A stretch of DNA of 63,344 bases, counting the filler, from Choristocarpus tenellus KU-1152 (taxonomy: Eukaryota; Protista; Phaeophyceae), in NCBI GenBank assembly GCA_964200185.2. It is 15 parts of 15 records of this genome, joined end to end, with 100 filler letters (N's around TTAATTAATTAA, not from the genome) between each part and the next. Parts side by side here need not be neighbours in the genome. Positions count along the whole stretch, not along the records: positions 51,071 to 54,884 come from CAXNAD020017778.1; positions 54,985 to 59,737 come from CAXNAD020013185.1; positions 59,838 to 63,344 come from CAXNAD020019557.1; 12 more parts are not named here. One strand, given 5' to 3'. This document shows, in pieces, positions 52,057 to 63,344 of the stretch. Every line of letters starts with the position of its first letter. Position 1 is the first letter of the stretch. The position numbers were made by a program, and so were the translations under genes. The notes beneath the pieces are model-generated. The model was not told the origin of the DNA. It did no database searches and saw only the letters and a list, made by a program, of their open reading frames with translations.

Positions 52057-52663
52057 GATTTTCTACTGGAAACTGGGGCTGTGTAGGTGTAGGTTATGTA
52101 GAGACGTGTGAGTAGTGATGAAAAACTGTTCTTCACAAGTCCTATGAGGTCTGCCCTGCCTAGTTTTACCTTCGGCAGTTGGTGTACCAGTTGGGATTAC
52201 ACGAGAAAGGGGGTTGATTGGGCAAACTGGGGGGAGAGGGAGGTAAGTCGTGACAAGACTACAACAATAGGATGATAGATTTATCAGGATAGGGGGAAAA
52301 GCTAGCCAAGACCAATGTGAATGAAAAGGTTTGACCGTTGTTGAGAGTATACATACGAGAAGTGAAGAATGGGCTGGCAGATGGAACCTCTAGGTGATGT
52401 AAGGACACCCCTCAAATTGACCGCCAATACTTTTACTCGTGGTTAAAATGGTAGGAGTAATCCCTGAGCCAGGAAGGGAGGATACTATAGTTGGAGTGCA
52501 CTACAGTCAACACCAGACCACACAACACATCCATTTCTTTCACCTTGATCAAAATGTATGGGAAGATATCACCATGAAGAGGTTTTAGTGAACAGCGTAG
52601 GAACGGGAGATCAACTACGATGGGCACAGACAGGATGGTGTGAGGTGTAAGGTGGTCATGAGT

Positions 52664-52905
52664 GAATGAAAGTATCTGAAATGGTACGAATTTTGTCCTG
52701 TTTGTCCATGTCGGGCTTGGTTTCTCATGGGTTTTTATTTACATTTTACCTACTCCAAAACAATGTATACGTTACGAAAAGGAGTGTCCAGACAAGGATA
52801 TTGACATCTCCTACCAAACATGATAGTCAAAATTACATCAAAATCGCAACATCAGATTTTGGTCACCAAATGGACTCGGCTGTACCCTCTAAGATACATT
52901 GGCTG
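52664..52905 (-). mobile_element. MITE family A copy
   Basis: TSD AGT; small internal deletion. Confidence 0.85.
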
Positions 52906-54134
52906 AGTAACCAGGCAATATTGAAATTAAGGGGAATAGCATGAGAACTCAGGCTTGAAAAAGATGAGGGGTGTGCCCTACACTTGGGCAGTATCGAGGA
53001 GAAATGGGGATGGTAACGATGGGTGCACCTGACCTAAGTCATACATGGGGAGGGGAGATAGAGGTCGAGAGCAGTTGTCGTTTATAGTAGGGTTTAACAG
53101 AGGGATCCAGTATGGGTGTCAAAGGGTCTGGCAGAGAGTAGTAGAAATGAGGTGCAGCCGGGGCAGGAGGTGGGATTATGAACTAGATAGTACATATACG
53201 CTGAGGAGGGGGTCGAGATCTGGTGGGGTAGGTGTCTTCTAGTTCAATGACACAGTATGGGAGTGGATGGAGGTGGGGTGTTTTTGGATGATTATGGGGT
53301 GTTCTTGGATTAATGTTTAGTATTGGAGAGAATGTGGAGTGTCTTGGGTGGAGGTGGAGCTTGTTGTGAGGATTGGTGTGTGAGTGGATAACATATCTAG
53401 AAATTGGCTGCACATTGTTTTAGAAAGTGGATGTGTGTGGATTGGTCGCATTGTTGGGATGGTAACAAGGTGATAGTGTGATATTGCTGTGGTATGAAGT
53501 GAGAGGTGCATCGTCAGTTGGCGAGAAGGGAAGTGGAGGTCAGGGTAAGAGTGGGTAATAAATTAATCCAGAATTAATGAGAAAAAGCAAATGACTATAC
53601 TACGTACTAAGTAGTATTAGCATTTACAATTTAGAAACAAGAAACTAGAATTCAGAACCCATACAATCTATTAGTCTCTCTCATGTAATACTTTGTAAAA
53701 CCAAGTAACTCCCTAGGCTCTACACTCTACGATACTTTGACTCACTTGGCATAGGAATGTTGAACAGAAATTGAAAGTTCTTGTAGGAGGACTGAAGTGT
53801 AGAAGTCATATCTCTCACCTGTCAAGCTTCGTAAAAATACTAAAAACTAACAACTCTAATGGATATTTTTAGTCATTCCAGTTGAATAGGATGCATGGGT
53901 GGAACTGGAGAAAACAGTACAAGCCTGCAGCACCTTCAAAGTCACTACCCCTGAACAAGTGGTAGTGAAAAATGCTGCACGCCAGTGCAGAAATGATGAT
54001 GACTGATTTCATGAACCGCTTTGGTACCGGAAGGAACATTGATCGATATTCTGGGGGTGAGAACAAGCGGCTGAGACGACTAATGTGGAAGCAGGTACCG
54101 AGCACTTGTTCAGACCCTACAACGAGCCAAATTA

Positions 54135-54376
54135 AACGAGAGGTACCCAGGTTTTTACCGTTTCGCATTATAAGCCTGCTTCGCGATCTTTTGCAATTAA
54201 CCCATATTTCTATAAGTCAAGTTCTAAGTTTGACTTGAGAGAGTTAATTTCTTCTATTATTGTTTGAAACCTTTCCGACAAAATCAGAAAATATCCTGCA
54301 CACATTTGTAAAGAAAAGTCGAATTTTGCACATATTTGTCAGCCTCATTAATATGCAAGTCTGGGTACCTCCCGTT
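54135..54376 (+). mobile_element. MITE family C copy
   Basis: AACGAGAGGTACCCAG..CTGGGTACCTCCCGTT. Confidence 0.8.
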
Positions 54377-54707
54377 AACCTAGTCTCGACCAAAATCCTT
54401 TTTGTATCATTACAGAGAACGAGCACAAGGATAATTGGAGGCAAATGGAGTTGGAAGAAGTTAGACACTGTGAAGGAGAAGCATAGAGCACAGGTGGCAG
54501 ACAGTAGTCCTATCATGGAACCAAGCCAATCCACATGTATTATTCTTATTGAATTATGGCAGTCCTCCCATAAAAGATACAAAGGGTAAAAACCCTTGCA
54601 ACATGTGGGGAGGGTTCAGATGACTGTGGTGGGAAATTGGAGCATACTGTCATGGAGGACACAGCACGTGTAGAGATTGATGTGTGCAAGGTTGCAGAAG
54701 GGCTCCT

Positions 54708-54875
54708 GGCTCAAAGTATCTGGGGGGGGGTGGTGGTGGCTGTCCACTTGGGGCCTTTTTTTCCATATCACGATTTTTTGGTAATTTTGTTGCATGCGTC
54801 GGATGGATAATTGTAAGTGCACTTTTCCTGGTCAGGGCCTGAATGGACACCCTGGTGTAGTCCCCCCCCCCCCAG
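54708..54875 (-). mobile_element. MITE family B at contig end
   Basis: GGCTCAAAGTATCTGGGG..ATGGACACCCTGGTGTAG-polyC. Confidence 0.88.
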
Positions 54876-54984
54876 CCCTGAAGTNNNNNNNNNNNNNNNN
54901 NNNNNNNNNNNNNNNNNNNNNNNNNNNNTTAATTAATTAANNNNNNNNNNNNNNNNNNNNNNNNNNNNNNNNNNNNNNNNNNNN

Positions 54985-55960
54985 TACAGACACCAAGCAA
55001 TCTCGCCAGGTTTATCACCTTTATGTTCTTTGATGATTTTGGGGATACTTTAACAGAGATCACAAACATGAAATTGCTCATCTACTACACAAGATCCATT
55101 TTGACTCTTTTGGTAACTGACTGACCTCCCTGCAGATGCAAAGGAACAAGGAAGGGAAAATTCCTTGCTGCCTCTAGCCCACCACTGGAGCCAGTCTGAG
55201 CAACGGGTCACTACCTGGGCCACCACACAATCCTTAGAGCCAGCACGCTGGATTCCTCCTGTGGGATTTTGTCTCATCGCAAATAGGTCTATAGTGAGCG
55301 AGGAAGTCTTGTCAAACAAGTGCTCGGTGGCTGAGTGCAGGAGGCAAAACATCGACACCAGACATACCCGCACCTGCCCCAGGGTGGGTGGATAGGTTCA
55401 CCAACACATACCTATGGTCATTCGACTAGGCCAACCCTTGGGCATCCCTTGCTCTCTGGTGGGTGGCAGGCCGTTTATAGTGGACATAAACTTTCGCAGG
55501 GATAAGGTGTTCATGCTGACCCACTGTCAGAAGTTAGCTCAGCCACCTACCATGACAAGGACTTCTTTTGGACGTGACCTTTGCAGACGCCCAAGCAGCT
55601 TACCACCTCACAACTCATCTACCAGCAATTGATGTTGCTACTGCAGCAGCTGAGACGCAAAAGTGTTCTCTCTATGAGAGATGTTTTGACCCTCATAGTT
55701 ATATTATCAAAGTGCCTTCGCAATGGAAAGCCTTGTGCTCCTTGGTAAGCAAACAGAGGGTTTTTTAGACGAGTTAGTAGCCCAAGCGGTAGGAAGGGGA
55801 GGGAGAGGGATATTGTTGGAAGGAGCTGTCAAGACTCGTTCATGATAGATTATTGTCTCCGTCACTGCGCAAGTACCTATTTCAAGACTCCAAATTGTTT
55901 CAAGCTAGAGACAATGGGTAGGTGGACCCGCTGGGGCCTGACAGATTCCTGGGACTCTTC
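54985..55960 (+). mobile_element. Decayed CRE-like non-LTR retrotransposon: CCHC knuckle and restriction-like endonuclease
   Basis: KCSVAECRRQNIDTRHTRTCPRVGG*VHQH..GIP..RRD../DVTFADAQA..AAAETQK..Y../LGKQTEGFLDELVAQAVG, read across stops and frameshifts. Confidence 0.75.
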
Positions 55961-56365
55961 CCTATCACCTTGCCCAACTTCGTAGGGGCTAGCCAACGAG
56001 CATTACAATACGAACATTGCTTAGTTAACATCTCTCATATAGACATAATTTTACAGTACTAGCTTTCAAATACGTTGTTTATTGAAAAATTCAAACCCCT
56101 TCGTCACCATACTTTATTACGGAGACGTTTTTGTTGTTGGAGAAGGTTGGTGTAAGGTATGGAAATATAGGTGGTACAATAAAAGAGAAGGAGGGGGGTG
56201 TCTGACAATAATTAAGGTATCCACCCCTCCACTTGTAGTGATAGGTACCAGTACCTTTTTATACGATGATATTGACCATACTTAGTCTGGGGGTTATCCC
56301 CACCCATGGTCAGAGGCACTATACACTATTGTTCGACTTCTTATACCGACTACTCTAAGAAGTAC

Positions 56366-56674
56366 TGTTACAGGCGATATGTCTTGATGGCGGTTTCATA
56401 AACAGCATTATGACCTTGAAGTCCTAGATTTGATATATATTGACTATTATTTATTATTTAGTTACTATCATTACCCCCACATGGTACATAGGTACCAGTA
56501 CCTTTTTATACGATGATATTGACCATACTTAGGAAGGAATAATCCAAGTGAGAGATCCAGCATATTTGACAGCTTGTGGATCAGGAGTCCCTTACGTGCA
56601 TCAGCGTCATCTATGGGCCTGTAGATTAGAGCTATACATCCTGTGGAGGTAAACTTCTGGAGCGTGCTGTAACA
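56366..56674 (+). mobile_element. About 309-bp solo LTR or short TG..CA element with a 4-bp TSD
   Basis: TGTTACAG...CTGTAACA (8-bp IR), flanked by GTAC/GTAC. Confidence 0.85.
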
Positions 56675-56947
56675 GTACTGACTAAATGTTGCACTACACC
56701 TATTTGTGCTGACTCCATTCTTGCCTTGCTTCTCACGCTCTGGGTTGAGCAATCCCCCTACCTCTTATCCCTTTTTCTCCTCCCTCAAAAGTTGTGGTGA
56801 ACCTGATTTGACTTTTCCGTCTCAATCTTGGGTTGTGTTTTTGTGGTATAGCCACAGATAATAATATATGTATATTACTTGGTACTTTTTTACTCTGTTT
56901 TTTGTACCCTTGGAACTCTTCCAACCCACCACATACTATACACTGTA

Positions 56948-57217
56948 GACCCATAGTATCTTAGAGGGGGGTCAGCCGTCCATTCGGGGACTGTGTGATA
57001 CCCTGTAGTTATTTTCATGCCATACGAGTGAACGTGTCAGATGTAGAGGTAATTTCCTTCATCTGAAAGCGCCATCCTTTCCTATAACCCTGCCTTGACC
57101 AAATCCAAAGGAAAACCACCCTTGCAACGCGCATCAAACTGGAGTATTTTACAACAACCCCTTAAGCCCCGAATAGACAAACTGGGCAATATACTGCACC
57201 CTCGAGCATACTATGAA
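56948..57217 (+). mobile_element. Diverged MITE A variant with the same ends and a different interior
   Basis: AGTATCTTAGAGGG..CGTCCATTCGGGG...AAGCCCCGAATAGACAAACTGGGC..ACCCTC..CATACT. Confidence 0.55.
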
Positions 57218-58509
57218 TTATATACTGTACAGACTACAAACAGAAAATGTCTTTCTTATGGAGTAAGATATTGAGCACCATAGTGAGATTTGTAAATAAT
57301 GGGAAATTTGAAATTTGTGGGGCAATAAATTCCAATTTTAAATTTCTTCCTGGCGGGAATACGACCGAAAATTTGCACATGTTACGTGCCAATATTGACA
57401 AGGGGTTTGTAGAGTAGGAGAATTGATTTGATCGTCGATGAGAATTGGTATTACGGTGTTTGTATGTGGATGTGTGTGATATATTACCTCTACTCTCTCT
57501 CCCCCCACTTACTTTTGTGTGTTGTTCTCACTTATTATTATTATTATTATTAGTAATAGTAGTAGTAGTAGTAGTAGCAGTAGTGACGAAATGAAGGCAG
57601 CAATATGTTTTTTCCCCGCAAGTTGGAGTGCTTTATGATGATCAAACCACATATTGGTGTATCAATTTATTAATTTAGATTCCAATGGTTGGAAGTACTT
57701 AGGGCTCTGTTGTAATGATTGTGCGACATGGACACTATAACAGGTCCACTATATATATGAACCTTTGTTCTCACCACCATAAATTTGTACTATTGTGCTG
57801 CATCGAGTTTGCAAATAAATGGGAATGCACTGATCATGCACTATCCTACAATAAGCACTTCCTTATGTAGACTGGGTGCCACAGTATTGAGGAGACTATT
57901 CAAGAACAGAAACTTCTTTTCGCAGGGTTAGTTGCGCGTGGGAGGATGAGCAACTTCCAAACGTACTAATATCTGAGGAGGTTGCAGGTGGTAAACGGAA
58001 GCAAGTTGGACCGAAGAAGAATTGGTGGATGTGCCTCCAAGACATCGTTGCAAAGCTTTCGATTATGGTTGAGGGATGGAGAACAAGGGCAAGCAACCAA
58101 CACAGGCGGTACAAATGTGTTTGTGGTTGACGACACAACTAGCTTTGTGGCATAGTGCCGATCCAAGGGAGCTGTGATAGCAAATTTACTTCATGCCAAA
58201 GCAGCAGTTAAGGTAGGCCAAGCAGATCAGGGCACATGCACACTCACCACTACCTGCTGAATACTGCTTTTCCCGTCTCTCTCTCTCTCTTTGGGTTGAT
58301 TGCTGTTTGTGTCCCTTCTTTATTTCAATGCACTCACAACAGTTAACGTTGATGGAATACGTAACCACAACCCTCAAGTCTCTAGGTTTTATGGTGAGCC
58401 TCGAAGACAGTTCCTCAAAGCGGCTGAATATCTGATACTGTTGCGAAATAGTCGCGATTGAGTCGGTACGATTAGATCAATTCCTAGTTAAAGTTTATCG
58501 AAATAGAAT

Positions 58510-58742
58510 GTGTCGAAGTATCTTAGAGGGTAGAGCCGCGTCCATATGGAACCAAAATCCAATGTTGCGGTTTTGATGCAATTTTGGGTATTGTGTTTGT
58601 TATGAAGTGTCAATATCCTTGCTCTGAACACACCTCTTCATAACGTGTACATCTTACCTACTCTGAAATATTTCGGAGTAGGAAAATGTAAAAAAAATTT
58701 GGGAAGACAAGCCCCAAGCGAACAAACAGGGCAAAACTCGTA
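58510..58742 (+). mobile_element. MITE family A lacking its right TIR
   Basis: AAGTATCTTAGAGGGTAGAGCCGCGTCCAT...GGGCAAAACTCGTA. Confidence 0.88.
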
Positions 58743-59103
58743 AAATCCTGCTCCGATTATTCCGTTGTTATATATTTCTATTCTCTGGGATGTTTGGAGG
58801 AGAGAAAGGACAAAACACAAGCACACTAGTAACTACACAAGTACCATAAACATACCTAGGACTGCAAAATGAGCCACGAGTGTGCCCACTCTGAAGACGT
58901 CAAGTGTGTGTTCTTACACGAGTATAACGTTGACTCATCTGCCGGATATGCCCTTGCGCGTGTGGGGAGTGATGGAAAGAAAGTTGAAGGGTCAAAGGAA
59001 GACACAGAACCTGCCTTGAAAGCAGACTATAGGTCATCAATGGTTGAGATGGGTCACTTGCTGGAGGAAGACCACTGTTTACAATACACCGCTTAACCGA
59101 AGG

Positions 59104-59339
59104 AATGAGATGTACCTACGTTTTGGTCATTCTTGCATTTTAAACCATTGTTCTCATTTTTTGCAATTCACGATTATTTCTTCAGATGAAGGGCAAAGAT
59201 TAACTTGAGAGTGTTGATTACTCTATTGTTCTAATTTCCTTGACATAATTCTGAAAAGCCCCCATACGCATTTGTACAAAAATTCAGATTTTGCACATTT
59301 GTCAGAATCCTTGAAATGCAATTTTGGTTACCTCTCGTT
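59104..59339 (+). mobile_element. MITE family C copy, diverged
   Basis: AATGAGATGTACC..GGTTACCTCTCGTT|TA. Confidence 0.7.
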
Positions 59340-59560
59340 TACTATGACTCACAGTCTTGTTGAGGGTCTTCTCGTCGATTCACCTGCTACATTCATCAAT
59401 CAGACCTCCAGGCTTTTGCCAGAATCTCCACTGATTTTTTGTATGTCTGAGGTTTGAGGTCCTCTTGAGTTCTCCTCGTTGGTTGGGCTGTGTTGCCTGT
59501 TGTTCCAACTCAAGCACCAGACTTGCCGACTGCGTGCATCTTGCTCATGCCATTGTGTGT

Positions 59561-59737
59561 GGCTCAAAGTGTCTGGGGGGTGGTGGTGGCTGTCTTTTTG
59601 GAGCTCATTCTCCCATGTCACGATTTTTGGGTGATTTGGTTACATGCTTTGGATGGATAATGTCAGTGCACTTTTCCTAGTCAGGGTCCGAATGGACACC
59701 CTGGTGTAGATGCACCCCCCCCCCCCCCCCCCAGTGT
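59561..59737 (-). mobile_element. MITE family B at contig end
   Basis: GGCTCAAAGTGTCTGGGG..GGACACCCTGGTGTAGA-polyC. Confidence 0.88.
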
Positions 59738-60159
59738 NNNNNNNNNNNNNNNNNNNNNNNNNNNNNNNNNNNNNNNNNNNNTTAATTAATTAANNNNNNN
59801 NNNNNNNNNNNNNNNNNNNNNNNNNNNNNNNNNNNNNCGAAACGGACGCCCCCTCACAAACCACCCACCCCCCCCCCCCCAGATACTTTGGCCCAGATGA
59901 GGGAAAACCTCGTCTACGGTTCACATTTCTTATGTTGTTAGATGACGTGGACGAGTGACTGGAGGAGTTAGAATCAGAATCGTGGTTTGTTGAGGACTCC
60001 ATGTCCTCCACTGACTCGCCTTCATCAACCTTCTGTTCATCTACTTCTCTTGATTCTTCGAAATCTTCGGTCAGGTACTCCTGTTCTTGACGTTTTCTTC
60101 TCTTGTTCTGGCATTCGGCATGTTTTGTCAGTTGTCAAACAATAAAATTAACCGTCACA

Positions 60160-60725
60160 GGTAAGGGTTGCTGAAGAGAATTACAGGGCAAGACGGACCA
60201 GACGGACCAACAAGAAAACGTCGTGAACAGGACACCTTAACTGAGTGGTTAAGGTTCAAGCCCGCTAAGTTTATGTGTTTTACACGAGTGAGTTTGAATC
60301 CCACCGGTCTCGCCAATATGAATCGTGTAATTCTGTGGCAGCATAATTCACTCAGTCAAGGAAGGGTGGTGAAGAGAATCACCAGGCAAGACAAACCAGA
60401 GAGACCAAGACAAACCGTAACCAAGAGGACAAGGTTAGTGTTGGACAAGTACAAGACAGCAAGGGCTTCCAATAAATTATGGAGTGATGAGAGAATCTAA
60501 TGAGAGGGGAATCATTTCAAAATTCAGAGCACGTGACAACAAAGAGAATGTTTGACGTGTGACATCTCTGGTTGAAGAGATGTTCACTACTTGTGGGATT
60601 GATCTCTTGAAAGATTCCACACCGCAACTGGAATCAGGGATTCATAACAAGAAGACTTCAATCGGTGTAACGGTATATATTATATGGCAATAACGGTATA
60701 ACAAAAGACAAACCTGCTTTCCACG
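60160..60725 (+). repeat. Dispersed repeat homologous to 28430-28950, with an internal duplication
   Basis: AAGGGT..GAAGAGAAT.AC..GGCAAGAC occurs at about 60163 and about 60362. Confidence 0.7.
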
Positions 60726-61559
60726 AAGATGGTAGGTTTTGTATTTTGGTTTTGTTGATTTGGGGTTGAGACTTTGAAGAGGAAGTTGAACGGCTGGATG
60801 GAAGAGCCAGTGTTTGGGATGGATCACCTCATCTTTTAGAATGCCAGACACAAGTGGTTTTTATTTTATACAATATTTTCTTGTGTCCGATTCGTGAAAG
60901 GAATGCATGGTTCCTTGTATAGTAGGGGGATTGGTCCTGTCGAATTGAGAAGAGATGAAATTTTGGGTTTTGAATCAGAAAATGTCAACTTATATGTAGA
61001 TACCTCTAGTAAGTTAAAGAGATTGCACAAATGTGAGTGGCTTCATTATAGTTGAATTAGTGGGGTAGGAAAAGCTGTTTGGGTTTGTGATCACAAATCC
61101 TTCTAAGAAAGTATTTCTTGATTTTTATCAAAGGTGAGTAAAAAATACAACCACTCAGTTCCTTTTTGAATAAAAAAAAAATCATGCCTTTTCCCTTGCC
61201 ATCATAAATCACTTACTTCTTATGGTAGTACCAATAGGTAAGTACTCTGGGAGCAGTCTTGCTTTTTTTCACTGTCATGCTACAAACGTAATAATAACGA
61301 TAAAAATGAAACACCAAATGAAAATATATGACAATTCTTTTTGAACGAATCTATATCCATGAATGTACAAACTTCCGTTAATGGGAGCTAAGGTTGTACC
61401 AGTAGTAGGTTCGCCCTCTGTAGCAATATTTTTATTTATGACCAGAACCCCACAACAGTCATACAAGACTGCACATATCAAACGAACGAGTATGACAAGA
61501 GGTTTTGACGGTTTGTATGGACGAATGTTCAGGCTTCGGGGAACGGGAACTATTCCTGA

Positions 61560-63125
61560 TCAAGTAATGGAAAAAACGCGGGGAAACATCTCCGCCGCAA
61601 TTTTGAAGGTAAAAACTTCAAAACGGACAAAAATGAAGTGGTTGTCCGAACTCCTTGCCAAAAGCTGGTCTGAGTTAGTTGCTACCGAGGTTTGGCTGTT
61701 GTGGAAATACCAAAAACAAAAGCAAGATTTCCGGAGATCTTTTTGACGCCTTTTGCGGACTTTCTGTGAGCACACACATGCGTGACTTACACAGCAACAT
61801 GAACCACGACGGTGAGACAAGGAGAGCCGCCAAGGCCACTCCACCCCCTGGATCTACCCTCGGCACCTTCTCTATCGAGAGACAACGGAAAAGCAAGTAC
61901 CGTGTGACACTTGGTGTGATGTTAGGTGATGAGAAAGTGTGAGTAGTGTGGCGCAGCAGCATGATTAAATCGCGAAACGGATCACGGGGCCGCGACACTG
62001 ATGCCTAGAGAAGATGCATTGAAAGCATTACCACACAAATGTGGTTGGATCTTCAACCGCTGCGGAGCACTCCTCTGCAGTCTCTGCCGCCTCGGGAAAG
62101 CAGGAAGGGAGCGGTGAGTCCATTACCAGGTGGTACAGTGACGAAGTCTGTGGGGAAGTCTGGTCACAGCAGGCGAAGGGAGAACCAGGGTGGCTGCCCA
62201 AAGGGAATTGCGGGGAAGAGAGCAGTGCGACTGTGTGCCATTGTGCTCGGGAAACGCCTAAGCAAAAACCCTGGTGTAGAATATCTTTGTAGTCGACAGT
62301 TGCAGCAAGTCCTGGCTGTCTGGAAGCTATGCAAATTGGAGTGGCTTAAAAAAACGAGAAAGAAGGTGTTAGGGTTGGGCTACAAGGGCTCTGAAGCCCG
62401 AAAGAAGGTCGAAAGGGCTCACAAGGCGGAGGAGAAAGCGATCGTAACGAAGGCAGCTACGGAGACTTTTCGATACCGCCAAATCCTTTACTTCGAAGAG
62501 GTAGCGAGGCAGGTGGAGGTAGTCATCGACAAGGACGCCAGGGAAGAAGAGGAGGTGAGATTGAGACTATTTGCACACCAGTGGCTTGGTGTTTCCCACT
62601 TCTTTGTAAGATGCCGTACATTCACTTTTGTTCCTGGACTTGGGGTTGGATGTATGAAGTTGATTAAGGCTTTCTCCCCGCCTGCCTTCATTTGAGAAAC
62701 CAACACAATTTTCGATCAAGTCAAGCCGGTCCTCTCTCGCCCTCACACCTTCATAATATCATTTGCCCAGGAAACATCAATTACGCCCATTTCCGGCGCT
62801 CAACGGGGAAATGTGATAGTAACGACTCTAACATTGCGAGTCCTGTCTGTACCTGTGTATAAACGACGTGAAAGACCGTCAAATGGTGCTAGAGATGGCG
62901 GTAAGATATGCGATGGTCAGGTCGGAAACTGTGAGTAAATGGGAGAGAGACTTCCTAGCAAAAGATCACATCAAGGTGTCGGATCAAGGGCGCTACGAGA
63001 GTTGTTTCGTTCTGGGTCTTGACGAGGACATCCTTGCCGAGGTCAAAGAGTGGGGGTGCGCGAACATGGAGGAAGAAAGAGTGGGGAGGCCACTATTTCC
63101 GTGGATGCATCTTTGCTCCTCGTTG
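61560..63125 (+). mobile_element. Decayed IS630/Tc1/mariner-like DNA transposon, copy 2
   Basis: ORFs 62039-62695 and 62868-63242: RSETVSKWERDFLAKDHIKVSDQGRYESCFVLGLDEDILAEVKEW/VREHGGRKSGEATIS; colinear with 39875-41600. Confidence 0.62.
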
Positions 63126-63277
63126 TGGCTTGTCAAAACACGGTTCTGTCTTTTGTTCGATGTCACACGCAAATCTATACCGTTAGTATACTTAAATCAA
63201 GTAACAGTAGATCAGAACATCCTGAACGTCAAGCAGTGGTAGAACTATACCATTAGTGTACTTCAATCAAGTAACCT

Positions 63278-63344
63278 CAACACCTTTGCGGTTGAAAGTT
63301 TTGGGCGCCTCGGCAAGCAATCGGAATGCTTCCTGGATGAGCTG
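63278..63344 (+). mobile_element. CRE-like non-LTR retrotransposon fragment, cut by window end
   Basis: TFAVESFGRLGKQSECFLDEL. Confidence 0.75.

Noticed and set aside
52100-53560. Strongly G-skewed stretch as a LINE ORF
   Set aside because: The composition suggests an old retroelement, but no RT, endonuclease or RNaseH motif could be read.
4246-59837. Regularly recurring TTAATTAATTAA palindrome as a biological motif
   Set aside because: Always centred in exactly 44+44 N; it is an artificial six-frame-stop linker.

Overview
This window is not one contiguous locus. It is 15 short contigs (about 2.5-8 kb) joined by 14 artificial 100-nt linkers (44 N + TTAATTAATTAA + 44 N), so adjacency across a linker has no biological meaning. 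The DNA is eukaryotic and intron-rich. It is probably from a photosynthetic stramenopile such as a brown alga; this is inferred from an LPA3/DUF1995 plastid-type gene, short GT-AG exons with 0.25-2 kb introns, and TTAGGG-type repeats. Four spliced host-gene fragments can be rebuilt by hand, all on the minus strand: the FAB1/PIKfyve kinase C-terminus (5 exons), an LPA3-like DUF1995 protein (2 exons), a helical/ARM-like protein ending in a CxxC..CxxC zinc ribbon (2 exons), and a G/Q/Y/P-rich prion-like protein (4 exons). Most other recognisable sequence is transposon-derived: (1) two very abundant MITE families plus two variants that share the terminus G[AG][GC]T[CG]AAAGTATCT and a subterminal GTCCATTTGG box and have non-specific 3- or 4-bp TSDs; (2) a TA-flanked MITE; (3) two decayed IS630/Tc1/mariner-like elements; (4) four 3' fragments of a CRE-like RLE non-LTR retrotransposon; (5) solo LTR-like elements; (6) a tRNA-derived SINE-like head; (7) a Copia-type element with PBS and gag whose coding region ends in Tudor/SH3-like domains with no reverse transcriptase. 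The Copia element and the shared-terminus MITE system are the most novel-looking features. No prokaryotic system or CRISPR array is supported. All protein-family calls come from motif recognition by eye; no database searches were run.
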